A stretch of DNA of 7,060 nucleotides from Tubiluchus corallicola (Eukaryota; Animalia; Priapulida). The stretch spans positions 1 to 7,060 of the forward strand of contig JAQGDQ010000288.1 in assembly GCA_030141605.1 (NCBI GenBank), in the 5' to 3' direction. Position 1 is the first letter of the stretch; every line of letters begins with the position of its first letter. Both the position numbers and the translations under genes were made by a program. Below, piece by piece: positions 1-7,060 of this stretch. The notes under the pieces were generated by a model. That model made no database searches. It had not been told where the DNA came from and saw nothing but the letters and a program-made list of their open reading frames with translations.

Positions 1-51
1 AGCTGGCTTGCATCCAATAGAAACCGTGAAGTTCCTGAACGAGATTTACAG
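1..51 (+). CDS. 3' end of a coding exon (partial), adenylate/guanylate cyclase catalytic-domain-like
   Basis: Frame from base 2 reads AGLHPIETVKFLNEIY plus a split AG codon. This resembles the class III cyclase motif P-x-E/Q-V-V-x-x-L-N-x-x-Y-x-x-F-D, and it ends at CAG|GTACGT (51/52, phase 2). Read-through stops at TAA 71-73. Only 16 codons are visible, so the assignment is motif recognition by eye. Confidence 0.5.
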
Positions 52-57
52 GTACGT
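49..57 (+). promoter_or_regulatory. 5' splice donor CAG|GTACGT
   Basis: One mismatch to MAG|GTRAGT, located where the coding-like sequence ends and TG-rich/repeat sequence begins. Confidence 0.55.
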
Positions 58-74
58 ATGTTGTTGTAGGTAAA

Positions 75-959
75 TCAAATATAGACACAGGAAAGTTCAA
101 ATGTGACTTAGGTAAGTCAAATGTAGACACAGGAAAGTTCAAATGTGACTTAGGTAAGTCAAATGTAGACATAGGAAAGTTCAAATGTGACTTAGGTAAG
201 TCAAATGCAGACATAGGAAAGTTCAAATGTGACTTAGGTAAGTCAAATATAGACACAGGAAAGTTCAAATGTGACTTAGGTAAGTCAAATGTAGACACAG
301 GAAAGTTCAAATGTGACTTAGGTAAGTCAAATGTAGACGCAGGAAAGTTCAAATGTGACTTAGGTAAGTCAAATGTAGACCCAGGAAAGTTCAAATGTGA
401 CTTAGGTAAGTCAAATTTAGACATAGGAAAGCTCAAATGTGACTTAGGTAAGTCAAATGTAGACATAAGAATTTCAAATGTGTTTTGGTAACTCAAATGT
501 GACTTAGGTAAGTCAAATGTAGACATAAGAATTTCAAATGTGTTTTGGTAACTCAAATGTGACTTAGGTAAGTCAAATGTAGACACAGGAAAGTTCAAAT
601 GTGACTTAGGTAAGTCAAGTGTAGACACAGGAAAGTTCAAATGTGACTTAGGTAAGTCAAATGTAGACACAGGAAAGTTCAAATGTAGACACAGGAAAGT
701 TCAAATGTGACTTAGGTAAGTCAAATGTAGACACAGGAAAGTTCAAATGTGACTTAGGTAAGTCAAATGTAGACATAGGAAAGTTCAAATGTGACTTAGG
801 TAAGTCAAATGTAGACATAGGAAAGTTCAAATGTGACTTAGGTAAGTCAAATGTAGACATAGGAAAGCTCAAATGTGACTTAGGTAAGTCAAATGTAGAC
901 ATAGGAATTTCGAATGTGTTTTGGTAACTCAAATGTGACTTAGGTAAGTCAAATGTAGA
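75..959. repeat. 42-bp minisatellite, 19 units plus a partial unit
   Basis: Consensus TCAAATGTAGACA(C/T)AGGAAAGTTCAAATGTGACTTAGGTAAG. Units start every 42 bp from 75 to 411, at 573 and 615, and every 42 bp from 721 to 847. 60-bp variants start at 453, 513 and 889, and a 64-bp variant at 657. Confidence 0.98.
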
Positions 960-1364
960 TGCATTGCTTTGAATAAATCGGTAATTAATTCATTTAAGTG
1001 CAAATAACAAAAAGATAAACCAAAGATAGTCATCACCTCTTTCATAACGTATGTAAAGTTTGCAGAATATTAGTGAACCTATAACGTTATTATTTTCACA
1101 GCAATTATTAAATTGAAATTAAAAAAGATTAAATTTAACATCCTTAAACGTTACCACCTATCCCCATTTGAGATGCAAATGTCACTGCTGGCTTGCAAAC
1201 CGAAATAACATATTGTTGTTGTTGTTAGCTTTCTGTGACTTCCCAGTTGTCCATTCCTGTAAAACACCTGAAGTATGTTGTGAAGTGTGGACGCATAAAT
1301 GGAACGCCAAAGTAGAATTCAATGCTTATTTTTGAACATTAATAAATCAATAATGAATTATTTA

Positions 1365-1438
1365 TAAATCACTTTTGAATATTCATAAACGATTTATTAA
1401 TATTAATAAAAGAATTATGAATATTCGAAATTGATTTA
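1365..1438. repeat. 74-bp imperfect AT-rich palindrome
   Basis: Arms 1365-1388 and 1415-1438 are reverse complements with 2 mismatches. The centre 1393-1410 (TTTATTAATATTAATAAA) is a perfect palindrome on the same axis (1401/1402). Confidence 0.9.
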
Positions 1439-2427
1439 CTAATATAAAAAACCGTTAAACATCAAAACATTACACTTCACTTTCAGACGTAGCAGCTCTT
1501 AAAGGAAAACAGGATGATTTTTCATAAACTACCCCATTTTCAAATCCGATAAAAATTATACATTTTAACACGATTAACACTGCAGAAGTGTTTGTGATAA
1601 TTAAATCATAAATTAAAAACTTAATTAACGGCGGGCGGGTCCAGCTATCGATGACATCACAAACGAACATAATTTTCTACAGCAAAAATATTCCATGAGC
1701 GTGTTGAACGTGTTTGCGAAAGTGAAAATTGAAGTAAAGTGCTACTGTAAGATATTCAGTGTGTTGTACTAAAACTAGGCGAGTTTTAAGATAAAAACTC
1801 AAATTCCAAATTACCGCTATGCTCACGCACGAGCTGTCGAACGTGTGCGGTTCGCCACACACAAAACTATCGGAACTGAGAGGTACAGCACCTGTTCCGA
1901 AATGCCAGCGCTAATGCCCATTTAACTAGCGAATGGTGAAATCCATGCAACAGCGAAGAATTATTGGCGTGAGCGTGAAATTGTGTTTGTGTGGTAAAAA
2001 TTGTTTTACGTAAGACATTCTTTAAAAATAGAAAGTTTCCTTTCAATATTTTAAAGGAATATGTTGTTTTGACCTACAGTTTAACATTGGGTCAGGTTTT
2101 GCTTTAAAAAAAACAAATATGTAAACAAACGTGTAACGGCTTTTAGATATGTATAAACCTGTAGAATTTTCAAAAAGTATCTTGTGACAAAATTAGTACA
2201 CTGCACGTTTTATGCTACAAAATTTTATATAAAAATTTAGCTGTTTGGTCCATTAAATCGCAGGCGCATTTTGATTGCTATTGCTTGTTTTCTGTCATTG
2301 AACTATATAAGTTGTAATAGGCAAACTTTAGCTGGGAACCTTAGGGCCACCAAAATTGTTTCCAGAAAGGCCCCGCACCTCCTAACTAGGTTAGGCCTGA
2401 TGATAGCGAATTAAAAGCGTCGCATCG

Positions 2428-2451
2428 TATATATATATATATATATATATA
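2428..2451. repeat. (TA)12 microsatellite
   Basis: Read directly from the sequence. Confidence 0.97.
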
Positions 2452-2454
2452 ATC

Positions 2455-2701
2455 TTTATTTGCCATAAAAATCGATATTCATAACTATAAAAGCATAAAA
2501 GAACATCGCAGCATGAGAATAAAATTCACATAATTTGCGTGTAACATTATAATGTATATTTTGTTTTAAATTTTTGGCACAGTAGTTTTTAGTTTGCACT
2601 GAACGCATTTGCCTTTAACAGTTGTGTGAATTTTATTCTCATGCTGCGATGTTCCTTTATGCCTTTACAGTTATGAATATCGATTTTTTATGGCAAATAA
2701 A
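2455..2701. mobile_element. Foldback / MITE-like long inverted repeat
   Basis: 2455-2530 is the reverse complement of 2625-2701 apart from 3 substitutions and a 1-nt indel, with a 94-bp spacer. The inverted repeat is certain. MITE origin is inferred, and no clear TSD is seen. Confidence 0.65.
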
Positions 2702-2712
2702 TAAGATGTTTC

Positions 2713-2768
2713 TGAACAGACAACAGACAAAAAAGAAACCAAAAACAACGTATTATGTGCATGTATAA
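2713..2768 (+). repeat. 56-bp dispersed repeat, copy A
   Basis: 50/56 identical without gaps to 6720-6775; the first 26 nt (TGAACAGACAACAGACAAAAAAGAAA) are identical. Confidence 0.9.
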
Positions 2769-3260
2769 CATACACATAACATAAAATAACACAGAAGAAA
2801 ATTTGCCTCTTATTTCCACAGTTTTGCTCTAACCTATAAATATAACTGAGATGTGATATTCGCCATCATAACAGGAATGTTTAATGGAAATACCGTGCGT
2901 ACATTTAGGGTATCTGATTACGCTAAGTACGATAAATGTCTTATGGTCTATTCTCTTGTTTCCAGAACAATTCACTTCCATCAAATGTCAAGATAATATC
3001 ATACTTACAGCAATAATTCTTAGACTTATGTGTCGAGAAGGATTTCAGCTTTCACGAGAGTCACGAGAGACTTGTCAGTGGACTTATGCCCTTTTTTCAC
3101 AACTTTTTATATCGATTATATAGTGCAGGTTTCTGATGTTTTTCCGATGTCTTCCCAATCGCCTGTCTGTTCATACATGTTGGTGTTCCCATTTTGAAAT
3201 ACAAAGGAATTCTTTAAGCAGCTTCGTGGGCAGAATTTTTTGCTTTTTCCTATTTGACAG

Positions 3261-4152
3261 GTGGGGTGAGTGGAGGCGAGCTGAGCTGGGAGGACGCGTG
3301 GAGAGGAGGCGAAAGGGGAAAGCAGTGGGAAAAGAACGGGAGAGACGAGAAAAAGAAGGGAGTAGAAGAGGAGATAACATAGAAAAGTAGACAAAGGAAG
3401 AAAAAAGATGAAAAAACAAGAAACAAAGGAGAAAAGAGAACAGAGTAGGAAAACAGTGCAAAGAAAGAGATATGGCAAGAGAAACAAAGAAGAAGAGAAC
3501 AAAGAAGGGCAGAACAGATCAGAATAGACGGAAAGTAAAAGAAAAGTCACAAAACGGATTAGAGAAGTGAAGAAGGGAAAAAGTAGAGGGGAGAAGAAGA
3601 AGTGATGAGATAAAGACGGTAAGTAGAAAAGGTAGAGGCGAGAAGAGAGGAGAGGAGAGAGGAAAAGAGACGTGAGCTGAAGAGGTGAGAGGAGAAAAAA
3701 GGAGAGGACACAAACTGAGCAAAGAAAAGCGGAGAGGAGAGGAAAAGAGTGGAGAGGAGAAGAGATGATGAGAGGAGATGAGAAGGGAGGAAAGGAGAGG
3801 AGACTGGAGGAGAGTAGGGGAGAGGAGAAACGAGGAGAGGAGAGGGGAGGAGAGACGAGAGCAGAAGAGAGAGGAGGAGAGAGGACAAGAGACGATAGAG
3901 GAGAGGAGACGAGAAGAGAAGGGAGGAGAGGAAAGGAGAGGAAAGGAGAGGAGAGGAGACTGAAGGAGAGTAGGGGAGAGGAGCGACGAGGAGGGGAGGA
4001 GAGAGAAGAGGAGAAGAGAGGAAAGGAAAGGAGTGGAGAGGAGGAGAGACCAGATGAGAGGAGAGGAAAAGAGAGGAGAGTGGAGGAGAGGAGAGACGAG
4101 GAGAGGAGAGGTGAGGAGATGAGTGAGAGTAGAACAGAGGAGGTGAGGGAAG
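3261..4152 (+). repeat. Polypurine low-complexity tract / degenerate (GAGAG)n satellite
   Basis: Almost all A/G on the + strand. A-rich from about 3300 to 3640, then GAGAG/GGAGA pentamers to about 4150, with an internal near-duplication of GGAGAGGAGACTG(G/A)AGGAGAGTAGGGG near 3795 and 3950. Confidence 0.95.
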
Positions 4153-4458
4153 ATTTGCATTTACCAGTTACTACTGTGGAATCGGGTGTCAATTAACCAT
4201 AAACCTAGTAAATCTAGTGCAGCAGGGTGTGAAGTTGACAGATACAATACCCGTGTAGATATAATCTGTAGAATAGCTGGCTACTGGATGCATGTAATGA
4301 ACCTGCCGTCATCTACTACAGCACGTCTTCAATGCAACGTATCAGTTAAACAGTGTCACAATGTAGCCAGTAGTTGGACAGATTTTGCAAAAGAAATTCT
4401 AGTACATCTGGGATTTGCACATATTCATGAATGTCAAGGTACCATGAATGGAAATTGA
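4149..4458 (+). pseudogene. Decayed non-LTR retrotransposon (LINE) ORF2 fragment, region C-terminal to the RT domain
   Basis: EDLHL-x7-GV, a frameshift near 4193, then ...AAGCEVDRYNTRVDIICRIAGYW...SWTDFAKEILVHLGFAHIHECQ. This follows the LINE pattern ExxHLxFCKxILGV...GELGRYPL...RxxxYW...WxxxxKxILxxLGFxxxWxxQ as I recall it. The clade (possibly RTE-X-like) is uncertain. Confidence 0.7.
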
Positions 4459-4774
4459 CTAATTTGTATAGTGTAGTGCACACTAGGGTGCTTACTTGGT
4501 TGCTTAGTTACTTACTAGTTTACCGAGTTCCCTTTATAAGTTAGAAAAAGATTCTGGAGCACCTGGCGGGATAAGTGTCTAAATTGCACGGAAACCGGGT
4601 GACGCCATTTTTCGTCTAAAATGAGCGCGCCCAAAGGTGAAGTAATCACGACTTTAAATTGATTTTACTAATTACACGAGATGCTTATCACAATTTTATT
4701 GCTGAAACTTTCTAACAATTTTCCCAAATATTAAAATAAGCTTAACCTTCCCAGAGACTTGGCTTCTGCTTTAA

Positions 4775-5682
4775 TTTAAACATAATTTATTGTAGGATTG
4801 GATGAGACAGTTTGACAACATGATTTAGGATCCTCACCACAACAGACTTTATACACTATTTACAAGAACATTTACAGTAAGAATAGACTATAACTACACA
4901 AGCTGACAAGTTTTACTACAAGATTACATTAGACATTAGTAACATTTACAGTAAGAATAGACTATAACTACACAAGCTGACAAGTTTTACTACAAGATTA
5001 CATTAGACATTAGTAACATTTACAGTAAGAATAGACCATAACTACACAAGCTGACAAGTTTTACTACAAGATTACATTAGACATTAGTAACATTTACAGT
5101 AAGAATAGACCATAACTACACAAGCTGACAAGTTTTACTACAAGATTACATTAGACATTAGTAACATTTACAGTAAGAATTGACTATAACTACACAAGCT
5201 GACAAGTTTTACTACAAGATTACATTAGACATTAGTAACATTTACAGTAAGAATAGACCATAACTACACAAGCTGACAAGTTTTACTACAAGATTACATT
5301 AGACATTAGTAAGATTTACAGTAAGAATTGACTATAACTACACAAACTGACAAGTTTTACTACAAGATTGCATTAGATATTAGTAACATTTACAGTAAGA
5401 ATAGACTATGACTACACAAGCTGACAAGTTTTACTACAAGATTACATTAGACATTAGTAACATTTACAGTAAGAATAGACTATAACTACACAAGCTGACA
5501 AGTTTTACTACAGGGATACATTAGACATTAGTAGAAAATGACGGTTAGAAAGTATTAATGTACGAATATTTAAGACTGATGCATTTCATATCAGATAGAA
5601 ACTACTGGAAGCGTTTAGTACATAATATAAAGTCATGTATGCATTGAAATATTTTACAGTTAAATTCATCTTTTCTCTTAAA
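4775..5682 (-). mobile_element. 908-bp insertion with a 13-bp TSD, likely the 3' end of a 5'-truncated non-LTR retroelement
   Basis: Exact direct repeat GCTTCTGCTTTAA at 4762-4774 and 5683-5695. Minus-strand AATAAA (+ strand 4786-4791) lies 11 nt inside the left boundary. The minus strand is T/G-rich and UTR-like, and there are no TIRs. Confidence 0.75.
4867..5533. repeat. 74-bp tandem repeat, 9 copies
   Basis: Unit AACATTTACAGTAAGAATAGACTATAACTACACAAGCTGACAAGTTTTACTACAAGATTACATTAGACATTAGT starts at 4867, 4941, 5015, 5089, 5163, 5237, 5311, 5385 and 5459, with few substitutions and no indels. Confidence 0.98.
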
Positions 5683-6719
5683 GCTTCTGCTTTAAGAACC
5701 ACAATGATGGTTATGAACACGTGACGCAGATAATATTGCACCCAGTGAGTTGTAATGGCGTGCTGTAATGAATACGCGTCATATTAAATAAAGATTCCGA
5801 ATAACAAGTAAATAATTACTCAGGTTAATGGGGAAGGGGGCAGCGCCATGTTAAGTACACCTGTGAAAGCCATTTTTGAAGTTGTAGTTCAGTCACTTTG
5901 TTATGATTGAGTTTGGGCACAGAGAAGTATGAATAGGAATCAAAAATCTATAATAAATATTTGCACTGCACACAACAGAAAAGTGTTTATTAAACTACAG
6001 AAAACATGAGTAGCAAAACTGCTGCACTGAACATTGAGCAAAGCCAGTACACAGGTATAGAACTTGACCTATGCAGACTTGCACAGGCTGCACAACAACC
6101 ATTAATTTTAGATAGGGAGAGGACCAGTGTGTATGTATTCACTGGACCATACAATTACACTGAAGGTAAGTCAGCTGGTAGAAAGTAACAAGATTAGCAC
6201 ATAGATGGCAGCACCTAATTACAATGTACAATTCCAACTTCCACAACAGCTATGCAGTGTGAAAAAAATATAGCGAAAAACCTGCTTTGTAAAAAAATGA
6301 CGTGCTTTAAATTTGTGTAACAGGAAGAAACTACAATATTATTTTAATTATGCGCAAAATATTGATTGACTAAGTGAAGATAGGTTATGAAAGAGATTGC
6401 TGTTAGGTAAATAATGTTCAACATGCTCAACTTTATTACTGTCTAGCGTGCAGCTCGCCTAGCGGTCAATTGAACTTTGCCAATGGAAACGTACAGTCAT
6501 TTACGGTGATTTACATAACACACGCTCACAGAAGTAAGCACTGACGCCTTTGTGTATATCTCTAACACAAAAATTACCTATGAATTTATTGGGTAGAAGT
6601 AAAACATTCCTAACGTTTTCGACAGAAAAATACTTTAACAATCATATGGGTTCCGAGCTTTCGTAAAAAACGCTCTTACATTTCATTCATACAAATGTCT
6701 TGTGGAAGTTGATCGTTTG

Positions 6720-6775
6720 TGAACAGACAACAGACAAAAAAGAAATCAGAAACTTCGTATCATATGCATGTATAA
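6720..6775 (+). repeat. 56-bp dispersed repeat, copy B
   Basis: 50/56 identical to 2713-2768. Confidence 0.9.
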
Positions 6776-6867
6776 TATCCATGTTACTGTTGTGGAGATC
6801 GCTGGCATCTATTAGAATTACACGGAACATTGTAGAATGTACAGTTAGAATAATCGTCTTACCGTGT

Positions 6868-6906
6868 AGAATGTTCTAGAAAGAAACTTCTAGAAGCTTC
6901 TAGGAC
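6868..6906. promoter_or_regulatory. Heat-shock element cluster
   Basis: aGAAt-gTTCt-aGAAa (6868-6882) and aGAAa-cTTCt-aGAAg-cTTCt-aGGAc (6882-6906) are alternating nGAAn units. A degenerate HSE lies at 6824-6843. Confidence 0.8.
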
Positions 6907-6910
6907 ACAC

Positions 6911-6918
6911 TATATAAG
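6911..6918 (+). promoter_or_regulatory. TATA box (TATATAAG)
   Basis: Matches TATAWAAR, directly downstream of the HSE cluster and followed by GC-rich sequence. Confidence 0.65.
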
Positions 6919-6934
6919 GCGAAGCAAGCCGCAG

Positions 6935-7052
6935 ACACACACGCACGCACGCACCCACGCACGCACCCACGCACACACACACACACACACACGCACGCGC
7001 GCACACTCACGCACGCGCACGCACACGCACACGCACACACACACACACACAC
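6935..7052. repeat. Compound (CA)n/(CACG)n microsatellite
   Basis: Read directly from the sequence; mostly alternating purine-pyrimidine. Confidence 0.97.
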
Positions 7053-7060
7053 GTATTAGT

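Larger units (their letters stand above)
6788..7060 (+). mobile_element. Probable 5' part (U3) of an LTR, BEL/Pao- or gypsy-like, running off the window
   Basis: Begins TGTTGTGG, followed by an HSE cluster, TATATAA and an Inr-like TTAGT at 7056-7060. The preceding GTTAC could be a 5-bp TSD. The other end is not visible. Confidence 0.5.

Noticed and set aside
21-932. Repeat proteins from the minisatellite (minus ORF 657..932; open + frame 21-491 reading DLGKSNVDTGKFKC)
   Set aside because: A 42-bp unit keeps frames open trivially. The 60- and 64-bp variants introduce stops or frameshifts, and the + frame is not the frame of the putative exon.
108-945. Telomeric TTAGG pentamers in the minisatellite
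   Set aside because: Only one pentamer per unit and never in tandem, so this is not a telomeric array.
75-959. CRISPR array (palindromic repeat at regular spacing)
   Set aside because: The intervening sequences are near-identical rather than unique spacers, there are no cas genes, and the context is eukaryotic.
1645-1653. DRE-like TATCGATG promoter motif
   Set aside because: An isolated 7/8 match with no supporting core-promoter arrangement.
3052-3069. 9-bp tandem duplication TCACGAGAG as a transposon excision footprint
   Set aside because: It cannot be distinguished from simple slippage without orthologous sequence.
1470-3123. Short ORFs 1470..1670, 1677..1862 and 2884..3123
   Set aside because: No recognisable motifs; lengths are within chance expectation.
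3116-4196. Long S/L/P/F-rich and E/R/G-rich ORFs on both strands
   Set aside because: These are artefacts of the purine/pyrimidine tract, which lacks stop codons in several frames at once.
4489-4530. Degenerate (CTTA)n plus ACTAG as a Helitron 3' end or RTE tail
   Set aside because: No subterminal GC-rich hairpin or recognisable element body is adjacent.
4867-5533. CRISPR array (74-bp period)
   Set aside because: The whole unit is repeated and there are no variable spacers.
6006-6188. ORF 6006..6188 and a candidate 54-nt exon 6112-6165 (TTTTAG...AAG|GTAAGT)
   Set aside because: The donor is good but the acceptor is weak. Joined in phase 2 to the first exon it gives an immediate TAG, and it shows no cyclase similarity.

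Overview
AT-rich, almost entirely non-coding eukaryotic DNA, probably arthropod/insect (inference), most likely the start of a long intron. Bases 1-51 look like the 3' end of an exon encoding a class III adenylate/guanylate cyclase-like segment (AGLHPIETVKFLNEIY) ending at a CAG|GTACGT donor. The rest is repeats and transposon debris: a 42-bp minisatellite (19 units, each with a palindrome containing a consensus AG|GTAAGT donor), a 74-bp AT-rich palindrome, a foldback with ~76-bp arms beside (TA)12, a ~900-bp polypurine tract, a decayed LINE ORF2 fragment, a 908-bp insertion with a 13-bp target-site duplication carrying 9 x 74-bp tandem repeats, a 56-bp dispersed repeat, and the probable start of an LTR with heat-shock elements, a TATA box and a CA/CG microsatellite. 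There is no CRISPR array, RNA gene or complete gene. The long ORFs in the track are low-complexity artefacts. I cannot show a new biological system here; the best leads are the self-masked splice-donor array and the heat-shock promoter in the putative LTR.
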